From Anaerolineae bacterium (GTDB taxonomy: Bacteria > Chloroflexota > Anaerolineae > S140-20): DNA of 20,111 bases. The stretch covers positions 1 to 20,111 of the forward strand of contig JALUTT010000006.1 in assembly GCA_027021705.1 (NCBI GenBank), in the 5' to 3' direction. The position numbers and the translations under genes were made by a program. Below are positions 1 to 8,841 of this stretch, piece after piece (position 1 is the first letter of the stretch; each line of letters opens with the position of its first letter). Under the pieces are notes generated by a model. It was not told the origin of the DNA. It did no database searches and saw nothing but the letters and a program-made list of their open reading frames with translations.

Positions 1-194
1 TCTACATTCGGACGATGGATGTGACGGGGGAGGTGATCCTGCCGGAGGGGGTGGAGATGGTGATGCCCGGGGACAATGTGACGATGCAGGTGAAGTTGAT
101 CGAGCCGGTGGCGATTGAGCCGGGGAGTCGGTTTGCCATTCGCGAGGGTGGCCTGACCGTCGGCGCCGGCGTCATCACCAAGATCATCCGTTAA
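1..194 (+). CDS. tuf: Elongation factor Tu, 3' end (partial, not in ORF track)
   Basis: Frame from nt 3 reads [63 protein letters not shown], the EF-Tu domain III C-terminus. TAA at 192-194, directly upstream of rpsJ. Confidence 0.98.
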   Translation, partial: YIRTMDVTGEVILPEGVEMVMPGDNVTMQVKLIEPVAIEPGSRFAIREGGLTVGAGVITKIIR

Positions 195-213
195 TCGGAA
201 TAGGATGGGGGGT

Positions 214-522
214 ATGGCCAAACAGAGAATCCGCATCCGACTGAAAGCCTACGATCACCGCATCCTGGACCAATCGGCGCGGCGCATCGTGGAGACGGCA
301 GAGCGGACGGGCGCGACGGTCGTCGGTCCGGTCCCTTTGCCCACCAAGATCGAGCGCTTCACGGTACGGCGGTCCACGTTCATTGACAAGGACTCTCACG
401 AGCACTTCGAGATCCGTACCCACAAGCGGTTGATTGACGTCATTGACCCGGACGCCAAGACCATTGATACGCTGATGCGGCTGAACCTGCCAGCGGGTGT
501 GGACATCGAGATCAAACTGTAG
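214..522 (+). CDS. rpsJ: 30S ribosomal protein S10
   Basis: [22 protein letters not shown]...GPVPLPT...[12 protein letters not shown]...[14 protein letters not shown] 214 preferred over 205. Confidence 0.98.
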   Translation: MAKQRIRIRLKAYDHRILDQSARRIVETAERTGATVVGPVPLPTKIERFTVRRSTFIDKDSHEHFEIRTHKRLIDVIDPDAKTIDTLMRLNLPAGVDIEIKL

Positions 523-532
523 CGTGAGTGAA

Positions 533-663
533 GGGGGCGTTGGGCCTGGCTTCTGGGAAAACGGGGAGTGCAAGGCCCAACGTCCCCGGGGATGATGCAG
601 CGTTGGGAGAGGTTCCCCGTCCGGTTGGGAGCCAGCCGGGGAGGCACGACGCTGACAGTCCCT
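533..663 (+). other. Two long intergenic stem-loops (rpsJ-rplC spacer)
   Basis: 533-547 GGGGGCGTTGGGCCT pairs with 573-587 AGGCCCAACGTCCCC (one G-U). A second hairpin has 598-605/647-654 and 621-628/632-639 and ends just before the TAAGGAGG SD of rplC. Confidence 0.6.
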
Positions 664-677
664 GATAAGGAGGTACG

Positions 678-1376
678 ATGGGTAGTGTCACGAAGGGCCT
701 TCTGGGCCGTAAAGTGGGGATGACCCAGATCTTCGACGAGAACGGCGAGGTGGTGCCGGTCACGGTGATCGAAGCTGGCCCCTGTTGGGTGACCCAGGTG
801 AAGACCCTGGAGCGCGACGGCTACCGGGCGATCCAGATCGGCTTCGAGGAGCTGGAGCCGCGCAAAGCCCGACGCAAGCTGACCCGGGGACAACTGGGGC
901 ACTTGGGGCTGTTGAAGCCGGACGAGAAGCACCCTGAGCGCAAGCAGTTGGCCGAACCTGTGCCGCCCTTGCGCTACCTGCGGGAGATCCGGGTGAAGGA
1001 CGAGACGGCCTACCACGAAGGCCAGAAGCTCACCGTGGAGATCTTCCAGGTGGGGGAGCGGGTGGATGTGGTGGGCATTACCAAGGGGCGGGGCTTCGCC
1101 GGCACCATCAAGCGCCACGGTTTCCGGCGGCAGCCCAAGACCCACGGCCAGTCGGACCGGGAGCGCGCGCCGGGGTCCATCGGCGCGACCTCGACGCCCG
1201 GTCGCGTCTGGAAGGGAAAGCGGATGGCCGGCCGGATGGGGAACGCCCGGGTCACGGCCCAGAACCTGCTGGTGGCCCTGGTGGACCCGGAGCACAACCT
1301 GCTGGCCGTGCGCGGAAGCGTTCCCGGCCCTCGAGGTGGATTGGTCATCATCAAAGAGGCCCGTAAGCAAGGGTGA
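678..1376 (+). CDS. rplC: 50S ribosomal protein L3
   Basis: [58 protein letters not shown]. Strong SD TAAGGAGG. Confidence 0.98.
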   Translation: MGSVTKGLLGRKVGMTQIFDENGEVVPVTVIEAGPCWVTQVKTLERDGYRAIQIGFEELEPRKARRKLTRGQLGHLGLLKPDEKHPERKQLAEPVPPLRYLREIRVKDETAYHEGQKLTVEIFQVGERVDVVGITKGRGFAGTIKRHGFRRQPKTHGQSDRERAPGSIGATSTPGRVWKGKRMAGRMGNARVTAQNLLVALVDPEHNLLAVRGSVPGPRGGLVIIKEARKQG

Positions 1377-1393
1377 TGAGGAGGGAAGGTCCG

Positions 1394-2017
1394 TTGCGAG
1401 TACCGGTCTATAGCATGGAAGGTGCCGTCGTCGGGGAGGTGGAGCTCCCTCCGAAGATTTTCCAGGCTCCCATCAACACCGCCTTGATGCACCAGGCGTT
1501 GGTGCGCCAGTTGGCCAACGCCCGTCAGGGCACCCACAAGACCAAGTCACGGGGGGAGGTCAACCGCACCAAAGCCAAGTGGTACCGTCAGAAGGGGACG
1601 GGGCGGGCCCGTCACGGGAGCCGCAACGCGCCCATCTTCGTCGGCGGGGGCATTGCCCACGGTCCCAAGCCGCGCAGCTACCGCCAGAAGATGCCCCGCA
1701 AGATGCGACGGGCGGCCCTGCGCTCGGCCCTCTCGGTGAAGGCGGCCGAGCAGCAGATCATCCTGGTGGACCAGCTCTCCTGGGACCGCCCCAGGACGCG
1801 GCAGATGGTGGAACTGCTGGACAACCTGAACGTGGAGAGCAGTGCCCTCATCCTGCTGGCGGAGAGGAACGAGGCGGTGGAGAAGTCGGCCAACAACCTC
1901 CCCGAGGTCAAGACGCTGCGTGCCAATTACCTGAACATCCGGGACCTGTTGAAGTACGACTACCTGTTGGTTCCTCTCGACTCGCTGCGGGTCATCGAGT
2001 CCATCCTCGGCGAGTAG
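1394..2017 (+). CDS. rplD: 50S ribosomal protein L4
   Basis: [13 protein letters not shown]...[37 protein letters not shown] 1394 (MRVPVY) chosen because it follows a GGAGG SD; ORF track starts at 1373. Confidence 0.97.
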   Translation: MRVPVYSMEGAVVGEVELPPKIFQAPINTALMHQALVRQLANARQGTHKTKSRGEVNRTKAKWYRQKGTGRARHGSRNAPIFVGGGIAHGPKPRSYRQKMPRKMRRAALRSALSVKAAEQQIILVDQLSWDRPRTRQMVELLDNLNVESSALILLAERNEAVEKSANNLPEVKTLRANYLNIRDLLKYDYLLVPLDSLRVIESILGE

Positions 2018-2083
2018 GCGGGGGGAGCCGCACAGGGTTGGTGGGACCTGTGGATTCTGACACCTCGTTAAGGAGGGTTGGGG

Positions 2084-2386
2084 ATGGCAGATTTGCATCC
2101 TTATGAGGTCATCTTACGGCCTATCGTAACCGAGAAGAGCAACATCCAGGCCGATGAGTACAATCAGTACACCTTTGAGGTGGACCGGCGGGCCAACAAG
2201 CGGCAGATCAAAGAGGCGGTGGAGACCATCTTCGACGTGGAGGTCGTGCGGGTGAATGTGATCAATGTGCCCGCCAAGCGGGTCCGGCGTTGGGGCCGGC
2301 GTCCCGTGGTCCGGCGCTCCGGCTGGAAGAAGGCCATCGTCACGCTGGCGCCGGGCCACCGGATCGAGTTCTTCGAGGGCGTGTAA
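2084..2386 (+). CDS. rplW: 50S ribosomal protein L23
   Basis: ILRPIVTEKS...YTFEVDRRANKRQIKEAVETIFDVEV...WKKAIVTL. SD TAAGGAGG at 2069-2076. Confidence 0.98.
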   Translation: MADLHPYEVILRPIVTEKSNIQADEYNQYTFEVDRRANKRQIKEAVETIFDVEVVRVNVINVPAKRVRRWGRRPVVRRSGWKKAIVTLAPGHRIEFFEGV

Positions 2387-2421
2387 GCGGACAGGCATCG
2401 CAACAGGGAGTGGGGTGAACG

Positions 2422-3258
2422 ATGGGCATCAAAGTCTACAAGCCAACATCGCCCGGACGCCGTGGGATGACGGGCTACACCTTCGAGGAGATCACGCGGC
2501 GGGAGCCGGAGCGCAGCCTTCTGCGGCCTCTGCGCAAGCGGGCGGGTCGCAACTTCCAGGGCCGGATCACCGTCCGCCACCGGGGTGGCGGCCACAAGCG
2601 GCGCTACCGGTTGATTGACTTCAAACGGGACAAGGTTGGCATCCCGGCCAAGGTAACTTCCATAGAGTACGATCCCAACCGTTCGGCTCGCATCGCTTTG
2701 CTGACCTACGCCGACGGGGAGAAGCGGTACATCATCGCCCCCCTGGGGCTGCGGGTGGGGGATACGGTGATGAGCGGCCCCGATGCGGAGATCCGGGTGG
2801 GCAACGCGCTGCCCCTGGCCAACATCCCGTTGGGCACCCAGGTGCACAACGTGGAGCTCTATCCAGGCCGGGGGGGGCAGTTGGTGCGGGCGGCAGGGAC
2901 CTCGGCCCAGGTGCTGGCCAAAGAGGGGGGCTACGTCACCTTGCGCCTGCCCAGTGGCGAGGTACGGATGGTGCGCCAGGAGTGCATGGCGACCATCGGG
3001 CAGGTGGGGAACGTGGAGCACGGCAACATCAAGCTGGGCAAGGCGGGCCGCAAGCGCTGGCTGGGTATCCGGCCCACCGTGCGCGGTTCGGCGATGAGCC
3101 CCCGGGACCATCCCCACGGCGGGGGGGAGGGGCGGGCGCCCATCGGGCTGCCGGGACCCAAATCCCCGTGGGGGAAGCCCACCTTGGGGAAGAAGACCCG
3201 CCGCAACAAGGCGACGGACAAGTACATCATTCGACGGCGGGGGAAGCGCCGGCGCTAG
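2422..3258 (+). CDS. rplB: 50S ribosomal protein L2
   Basis: [58 protein letters not shown]. Confidence 0.99.
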   Translation: MGIKVYKPTSPGRRGMTGYTFEEITRREPERSLLRPLRKRAGRNFQGRITVRHRGGGHKRRYRLIDFKRDKVGIPAKVTSIEYDPNRSARIALLTYADGEKRYIIAPLGLRVGDTVMSGPDAEIRVGNALPLANIPLGTQVHNVELYPGRGGQLVRAAGTSAQVLAKEGGYVTLRLPSGEVRMVRQECMATIGQVGNVEHGNIKLGKAGRKRWLGIRPTVRGSAMSPRDHPHGGGEGRAPIGLPGPKSPWGKPTLGKKTRRNKATDKYIIRRRGKRRR

Positions 3259-3277
3259 GTTTAGTAGGGAAGAATCG

Positions 3278-3535
3278 GTGCCTGAGATATGCAGGTTCTA
3301 TGGGATTGTTATCTTTATGAACTACAATGACCACCCTCCGCCTCATTTTCACGCGAGATACCAGGATCAGGAAGTGGTGATCGAGATCCAGACAGGAATG
3401 GTGAGAGGTAGGATGTCGAAGCGGGCATTGCGTATGCTGTTCGAATGGTTGGAGAAGTATCAAGGGGATCTGATGGACAACTGGAGGCGTGCAGAGGAAC
3501 GGAGGCCATTGAAGAAAATACCTCCGCTGGTGTAG
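3278..3535 (+). CDS. DUF4160-family protein (putative DhiT-like toxin)
   Basis: MPEICRFYGIVIFMNYNDHPPPHFHARY...LMDNWRRAEERRPLKKIPPL has the MPxIxRFxGIxI...DHxPPHxH start and W...L.KI.PL end I recognise as DUF4160. GTG start, low GC, followed by a DUF2442-like gene. Confidence 0.9.
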   Translation: MPEICRFYGIVIFMNYNDHPPPHFHARYQDQEVVIEIQTGMVRGRMSKRALRMLFEWLEKYQGDLMDNWRRAEERRPLKKIPPLV

Positions 3536-3556
3536 GGTAGAGAGGCAATGGGAGAG

Positions 3557-3838
3557 ATGTTTCTCCATATCACAGATGTTACTTGGTTAGGCGGGTATAG
3601 ATTGAGGCTGACTTTTAGCGATGGTGTGGTCAAGGATGTGGATTTGCAGGGCGAATTGTACGGGGAGGTTTTTGAACCGCTGAAGGACCTGGATCGCTTC
3701 CGGCAAGTCGCTGTAAATCCTGAGACCAACACCATCGAGTGGCCCAATGGCGCAGATTTTGCGCCCGAGTACTTGTATGAAATCGGGGAAGAGCCCGAGG
3801 AGATTAGGCCCACGGCAACTGCTCCCATCGAGGGATGA
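3557..3838 (+). CDS. DUF2442-family protein (putative DhiA-like antitoxin)
   Basis: MFLHITDVTWLGGYRLRLTFSDG...G.VFEPLKD...F.QV.V....NTIEWPNGADFAPEYLY is the DUF2442 (NE0471 N-terminal-like) pattern. Alternative ATG at 3548. Confidence 0.9.
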   Translation: MFLHITDVTWLGGYRLRLTFSDGVVKDVDLQGELYGEVFEPLKDLDRFRQVAVNPETNTIEWPNGADFAPEYLYEIGEEPEEIRPTATAPIEG

Positions 3839-3865
3839 GGACGAGCAGAAAGGAGCCGGAGAACG

Positions 3866-4159
3866 ATGTCACGGTCGCTGAAAAAGGGACCTTACGTAGA
3901 CCCCAAGTTGGTCCGCAAGATCGAGGAGATGAACCGCCGGGGGGATAAGCGGGTGATCCGCACCTGGTCTCGCGACTCCACCATCCTCCCCCAGATGGTG
4001 GGGCACACCATCGCCGTCCACGACGGTCGCCGGCACGTGCCCATCTACATCACCGAGACGATGGTGGGGCACAAGCTGGGGGAGTTTGCCCCCACCCGTA
4101 CCTTCCGAGGGCACATCGTCAAGGAGAAGAAGACCAAAGCCCGCAAGAAGAAGCGGTAG
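3866..4159 (+). CDS. rpsS: 30S ribosomal protein S19
   Basis: [12 protein letters not shown]...[45 protein letters not shown]. Confidence 0.99.
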   Translation: MSRSLKKGPYVDPKLVRKIEEMNRRGDKRVIRTWSRDSTILPQMVGHTIAVHDGRRHVPIYITETMVGHKLGEFAPTRTFRGHIVKEKKTKARKKKR

Positions 4160-4182
4160 GCGGGTAGAAGGGGAACGAGGCT

Positions 4183-4533
4183 ATGGAAGAGTTCAAGGTC
4201 CGGGCAGTGGCTCGATACATCCCGATGTCCCCCCAGAAAGTGCGCCGGGTTATTGACCAGGTGCGTGGGTTAGGGGCCGATGAGGCTTTGGAGTTGTTGC
4301 GCTTCATGCCCCAGGCGGCGGCACGGCCTGTGGCCAAGGTCATCCGTTCGGCCATCGCCAACGCCGAGGATATTGGCCTGGTGCGGGAGGACCTCTACAT
4401 CGCCGAGATTCGGGCCGATGATGGCCCCACCCGCAAGTGGCGGCGGTTCGGGGCCCGCGGTCGGTTCAAGCCCATTCTGAGGCGCTCTTGCCACATCACC
4501 GTCGTGCTGGCCGAAGAGGCCGAGGAAGTGTAA
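4183..4533 (+). CDS. rplV: 50S ribosomal protein L22
   Basis: [22 protein letters not shown]...[10 protein letters not shown]...DDGPT.K...GARGR...HITVVL. Confidence 0.98.
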   Translation: MEEFKVRAVARYIPMSPQKVRRVIDQVRGLGADEALELLRFMPQAAARPVAKVIRSAIANAEDIGLVREDLYIAEIRADDGPTRKWRRFGARGRFKPILRRSCHITVVLAEEAEEV

Positions 4534-4552
4534 GCGCGGTAAGGAGGCAACG

Positions 4553-5215
4553 TTGGGACGCAAGGTACATCCATACGGTTTCCGCCTGGGCGTCATCCGA
4601 GACTGGAAGGCCCACTGGTTCGCCGAGGGGAAGGAGTACAAGAAGCTGCTGGAGGAGGACCTGGCCATCCGTGACTACCTGGAAAAGCAGTTGGCCCAGG
4701 CCGGCCTCTCCAATGTGGAGATCGAGCGCTTCCCCAACCAGGTCCAGGTCACCATTTGGACCGCCAAGCCGGGTGTGGTCATCGGACGGCGGGGTGCGGC
4801 GGTGAAGCAACTGCGGCGCGACCTGGAGAAGATGACGGGAAAGTCGGTGAAGATCGAGGTGGAAGAGGTGACCCAGCCGGACCTGGACGCCAAGCTGGTG
4901 GCCCGGAACATTGCGGCCCAACTGGAGCGGCGGATCTCCCACAGCCGGGCGATGAAGCAGGCGGTCCGTCAGGCGATGCGGGCGGGGGCCAAGGGCATCA
5001 AAGTGATGTGCAGCGGTCGTCTGGCCGGCGCCGAGATGGCCCGGCGCGAGTGGCAGATGGACGGCCGGGTGCCCCGTAACACGCTTCGGGCCGACATTGA
5101 CTTCGCCCGGGCCGAGGCGCTCACCACCTTCGGGCGCATCGGCGTCAAGGTGTGGATTTACAAAGGGGATGTGCTGCCGGAGGGTGAGCAAGAGGAAGAA
5201 GAAGCGGTTGCGTGA
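4553..5215 (+). CDS. rpsC: 30S ribosomal protein S3
   Basis: [15 protein letters not shown] motif [42 protein letters not shown] start after SD TAAGGAGG. Confidence 0.99.
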   Translation: MGRKVHPYGFRLGVIRDWKAHWFAEGKEYKKLLEEDLAIRDYLEKQLAQAGLSNVEIERFPNQVQVTIWTAKPGVVIGRRGAAVKQLRRDLEKMTGKSVKIEVEEVTQPDLDAKLVARNIAAQLERRISHSRAMKQAVRQAMRAGAKGIKVMCSGRLAGAEMARREWQMDGRVPRNTLRADIDFARAEALTTFGRIGVKVWIYKGDVLPEGEQEEEEAVA

Positions 5216-5386
5216 GCGGGCGGAGGAAGGACCAACAGGCGCTCTTCCTGAGACGGCTCTCTTGAGCGAGGCTTCGCTTGCCGAGGATGGGAGTTGGTCG
5301 GAGGAAGACGAAGCGTGGTCACACCTGCAGCAGGTGCCATCGTCCTAGTGCCATTTTCTGGATGAGCTTAGCAGGAGCGTCATACG

Positions 5387-5812
5387 ATGTTGATGCCAAA
5401 GCGCGTGAAATATCGGAAGCAGATGCGGGGTAGGATGAAGGGCCGGGCCTCGCGGGGGGTGGAAGTCTCCTTCGGGGAGTACGGCCTGCAGGCCCTGGAG
5501 CCGGCCTGGATCACCAGCCGGCAGATCGAGGCCGCCCGGCGTGCTATTGTCCGCTATGTGAAGCGGCGTGGCAAGGTCTGGATCCGCATCTTCCCCGACA
5601 AACCGGTGACCAAGAAGCCGGCCGAGACCCGGATGGGGAAGGGGAAGGGCTCTGTGGACCACTGGGTCGCCGTGGTGAAGCCGGGGCGCATCCTCTTCGA
5701 GATCGCTGGCGTCTCCGAAGAAGCGGCGCGGGAGGCGATGCGCCTGGCCTCTCACAAGCTTCCCATCAAAACCCAGTTCGTCACTCGCCACGACATAGGG
5801 ACGGAGGAGTAG
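5387..5812 (+). CDS. rplP: 50S ribosomal protein L16
   Basis: [52 protein letters not shown]. Confidence 0.99.
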   Translation: MLMPKRVKYRKQMRGRMKGRASRGVEVSFGEYGLQALEPAWITSRQIEAARRAIVRYVKRRGKVWIRIFPDKPVTKKPAETRMGKGKGSVDHWVAVVKPGRILFEIAGVSEEAAREAMRLASHKLPIKTQFVTRHDIGTEE

Positions 5813-5814
5813 GG

Positions 5815-6048
5815 ATGCACGCGCGAGAGATTCGGGCGATGACGACCGAGGAGATCGAAGCCCACCTGGACGAGGCCTATCAGCGCCTCTTCCGGCTTCG
5901 CTTCGATTGGGCTGCAGGGCAGCTCCGCGACAACAACCAGATCCGGGCCGTGAAGCGGGATATTGCCCGGATGAAGACTATTCTGCGGGAGCGCGAACTG
6001 GCGGCGATGATGGCCGCCTGGCAGGAAGGTGAGGGTGAGGAGGCATGA
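5815..6048 (+). CDS. rpmC: 50S ribosomal protein L29
   Basis: [12 protein letters not shown]...LFRLRF...GQL....[20 protein letters not shown]; lies between rplP and rpsQ. Confidence 0.97.
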   Translation: MHAREIRAMTTEEIEAHLDEAYQRLFRLRFDWAAGQLRDNNQIRAVKRDIARMKTILRERELAAMMAAWQEGEGEEA

Positions 6049-6296
6049 AGAAGCGACGCAAGCGCCTGGTGGGTCGTGTCGTCAGCGACAAGATGGACAA
6101 GACCGTCGTCGTGCAGGTGGAGCGGATGAAGCGCCACCCCTTGTACGGCAAGGTGGTGCGGATCCGCAAGAAGTACAAGGCCCACGACGAGGAGAACGCC
6201 TGTCGAGAAGGCGACCTGGTGCGCATCGTGGAGTCGCGTCCCATCAGCAAGGAGAAGCGCTGGGTGGTCGAAGCGATCCTGGAGCGTGCCCGCTGA
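6045..6296 (+). CDS. rpsQ: 30S ribosomal protein S17
   Basis: [16 protein letters not shown]...HPLYGK....[10 protein letters not shown]....[22 protein letters not shown] overlap with rpmC. Confidence 0.99.
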   Translation: MKKRRKRLVGRVVSDKMDKTVVVQVERMKRHPLYGKVVRIRKKYKAHDEENACREGDLVRIVESRPISKEKRWVVEAILERAR

Positions 6297-6306
6297 GGAG
6301 CATGAG

Positions 6307-6451
6307 CCGGCCCCTCAGCCTCCCTCGCCGGAAGGGGCAGGGTGCTGGAGGGGCCGGAGGCTGGGAGGAGGTGTCGTTCAGAAGTGTGGGAGGGATCCGA
6401 AAAGCCTTGGCCGTAGGGGGTGGGATGCTCCCACAGTTTTGGACGGTACCT
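6307..6451 (+). other. Structured rpsQ-rplN spacer (two long hairpins)
   Basis: 6307-6316/6348-6357 form a perfect 10-bp stem. 6369-6392/6428-6451 form a 24-position stem with one mismatch and four G-U pairs. Confidence 0.65.
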
Positions 6452-6476
6452 GGGGAAGGACGGAAGGAGGACGACG

Positions 6477-6848
6477 ATGATTCAGCAAGAGAGCCGGCTG
6501 CGCGTGGCCGATAACACCGGTGCCAAGGAGATCCTGGTGATTCGGGTGTTGGGAGGGTCCAAGCGGCGCTACGGTCGGGTGGGCGATGTGGTCGTTGCCA
6601 CGGTGAAGCAGGCCACCCCCACGGGCTCGGTGAAGAAGAGCGACATCGTGCGGGCCGTCATCGTGCGCACCGCCAAAGAGTACCGCCGGCCCGATGGCTC
6701 CTACATCCGGTTCGATGACAACGCAGCGGTCATCCTGGATGGGTACACGCGGAATCCCAAGGGGACGCGCATCTTCGGCCCCGTGGCCCGGGAGCTGCGG
6801 GACAAGGGCTTCACGAAGATCGTCTCCCTGGCTCCAGAAGTCCTGTGA
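6477..6848 (+). CDS. rplN: 50S ribosomal protein L14
   Basis: [18 protein letters not shown]...[16 protein letters not shown]...[27 protein letters not shown] 6477 after AAGGAGG. Confidence 0.99.
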   Translation: MIQQESRLRVADNTGAKEILVIRVLGGSKRRYGRVGDVVVATVKQATPTGSVKKSDIVRAVIVRTAKEYRRPDGSYIRFDDNAAVILDGYTRNPKGTRIFGPVARELRDKGFTKIVSLAPEVL

Positions 6849-6862
6849 GGTAGGTAGGGGAT

Positions 6863-7222
6863 ATGGCCAGAAAACGTAAGGACGAGAAGAAGCGACGCCG
6901 GTTGCGGGTGAAGAAGGGGGACACGGTGCTGGTGATCAGCGGCGACGATCGGGGCCGGCGCGGCACCATCCTCCGGACGATCCCCAAGGAAGAGCGGGTG
7001 GTGGTGCAGGGGGTCAACATCGTTAAGAAGCACCAGCGGCCCATCCAGGCCGGTCGGGGCCAGGTCCGCGCGGGCATCATCGAGTTCGAGGCCCCCATCC
7101 ACGTCTCCAACGTGATGTTGGTTTGCCCCACCTGCGGGGAGGCCACCCGGGTGGGCTATCGCTTCAACGAAGAGGGCCGGAAGGTCCGCTACTGCAAGCT
7201 TTGCGAGGCGGATATTGACTAA
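6863..7222 (+). CDS. rplX: 50S ribosomal protein L24
   Basis: KOW motif VKKGDTVLVISGDDRG, VQGVNIVKKHQRP, EAPIHVSNVML, C-terminal CPTC...CKLC. Confidence 0.98.
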   Translation: MARKRKDEKKRRRLRVKKGDTVLVISGDDRGRRGTILRTIPKEERVVVQGVNIVKKHQRPIQAGRGQVRAGIIEFEAPIHVSNVMLVCPTCGEATRVGYRFNEEGRKVRYCKLCEADID

Positions 7223-7245
7223 GCACCTGGTGGGCCGTTGGGGCC

Positions 7246-7402
7246 TTTCGGCCCTGGAAGGGCCTCCTACACTGCCGGAAGGGCCTTCTACGCTGGATGT
7301 AGGAGGGCTTTCCTAAAGCCCGACCGGAATTTCGGCCCTGGAAGGGCCTCTGCCGGAAGGGCCTTCTACGCAGGGTGTAGGAGGGCTTTCCTAAAGCCCA
7401 AC
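7246..7402. repeat. Tandemly duplicated cluster of GTAG-type REP-like palindromes
   Basis: Copy 1 (7246-7321) and copy 2 (7330-7399) differ by a 6-nt indel and 2 substitutions. Units include minus-strand GTAGGA-GGCCCT-TCC-AGGGCC (7246-7270) and plus-strand GTAGGA-GGGCTTT-CCT-AAAGCCC (7299-7324, 7377-7402). Confidence 0.85.
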
Positions 7403-7440
7403 TGAGGATGCTGGAACGCTACGTAGAGGAGTGAGGCGCA

Positions 7441-7983
7441 ATGCCACGGTTGAAGGAGCGGTACCGCCAGGACGTGGTACCGGCGATGATGAAAGAGTTC
7501 GGCTACAAAAACGTGATGCAGGTTCCCCGCGTGGAGAAAGTCGTGGTCAACGTGGGGGTGGGCGAGGCGTTGGACAATCCCAAGGCGCTGGACCACACCG
7601 TGCAGGACATTGCCACCATCACCGGTCAGAAGCCGATCGTCACCCGGGCCCGAAAGTCCATCGCCGGTTTCAAGCTGCGGGCCGGTCGTGCCATCGGCGT
7701 CAAGGTCACCCTGCGCGGCCAGCGGATGTACGACTTCCTCGACCGACTCTTCAACGTGACCCTGCCTCGGCAGCGCGACTTCCGGGGGGTCTCCCCGGAT
7801 TCCTTTGATGGTCGGGGCAACTACACCTTGGGGCTCCGGGAGCAGTTGGTCTGGCCGGAGATTGACTACGACCAGATTGACAAGGTGCGGGGCATGGAGA
7901 TCACCATCGTCACCACGGCCAAGACCGATGAGGAAGGGCGGCGGCTGCTGGAACTGATGGGCATGCCCTTCCGACGCGCGTGA
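7441..7983 (+). CDS. rplE: 50S ribosomal protein L5
   Basis: [58 protein letters not shown]. Confidence 0.99.
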   Translation: MPRLKERYRQDVVPAMMKEFGYKNVMQVPRVEKVVVNVGVGEALDNPKALDHTVQDIATITGQKPIVTRARKSIAGFKLRAGRAIGVKVTLRGQRMYDFLDRLFNVTLPRQRDFRGVSPDSFDGRGNYTLGLREQLVWPEIDYDQIDKVRGMEITIVTTAKTDEEGRRLLELMGMPFRRA

Positions 7984-8046
7984 GCGGGAACCTGGAGAGG
8001 GACCGGTCGTAACTGTTCGCAACGTTGAGCCAGCGAGGGAGGACCT

Positions 8047-8229
8047 GTGGCAAGGAAATGCATGATCTACCGGGAAAAACGGCGCAAGTATAAGGTTCGG
8101 GTGCGGAACCGCTGCATCCGGTGCGGGCGGCCCCGGGGGTACATCCGCCGCTTCCAACTGTGCCGGATCTGCTTCCGGGAGCTGGCCCTGGAAGGGGTGA
8201 TCCCCGGCGTGACCAAGGCCAGCTGGTAG
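8047..8229 (+). CDS. rpsN: 30S ribosomal protein S14, short zinc-binding (type Z) form
   Basis: 60 aa, [43 protein letters not shown] start after GGAGG. Confidence 0.98.
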   Translation: MARKCMIYREKRRKYKVRVRNRCIRCGRPRGYIRRFQLCRICFRELALEGVIPGVTKASW

Positions 8230-8320
8230 GCCCGGGGCGGAGGGCCCGGATCGGGCATGATCCGGTGCCTGTCACCGCATGACCGATGGACGCTGATGAA
8301 TTCGCAGAGGATAGAAAGCT

Positions 8321-8728
8321 ATGACTGTGACGGATCCCATTGCTGATATGCTGACCCGCATTCGCAACGCCTTGATGGCCGGTCATACCTCCGTTGCGAT
8401 GCCCAGCTCCAAGATGAAGGTGGCCATCGCCCGCATTTTGAAGGATGAGGGCTTCATCGAGGATTTCGTCGTCGGCGATGAGCGGCCCCAGCCTGTCCTG
8501 GTCATCCGGCTCAAGTACGTGGGCCGGCGGCGGCATCGCCGCCCGGTCATCACCGGGTTGAAGCGGGTGAGCAAGCCCGGACGGCGGATTTACGTGGGCA
8601 AGCGGGAGATCCCCTGGGTGCTGAGCGGGATGGGCATCGCCATCCTCTCCACCCCTAAGGGGGTTCTGACCGATCAACAGGCCCGTCGTCTGGGCGTCGG
8701 GGGCGAGGTCCTCTGCTACGTCTGGTAG
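8321..8728 (+). CDS. rpsH: 30S ribosomal protein S8
   Basis: [56 protein letters not shown]. Confidence 0.99.
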   Translation: MTVTDPIADMLTRIRNALMAGHTSVAMPSSKMKVAIARILKDEGFIEDFVVGDERPQPVLVIRLKYVGRRRHRRPVITGLKRVSKPGRRIYVGKREIPWVLSGMGIAILSTPKGVLTDQQARRLGVGGEVLCYVW

Positions 8729-8841
8729 GTCGTGGCCGGAGGCTTGGCGGCAGCGGAGGGTCCGACGCCGGGCTGTGCAAGACCGGTGGCCGGGCCGGCG
8801 CAACGTGATGCCGCTGAGCGGCTGTTTCGAGGAGGTGTGTT

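Noticed and set aside
3255..3870. Target-site duplication or terminal repeats around the DUF4160/DUF2442 insert
   Set aside because: No convincing direct or inverted repeat at either junction, so it is not called a mobile element.
7246..7402. Possible mini-CRISPR array
   Set aside because: The sequence between repeats is itself duplicated rather than unique, units occur in both orientations, and no cas genes are present.
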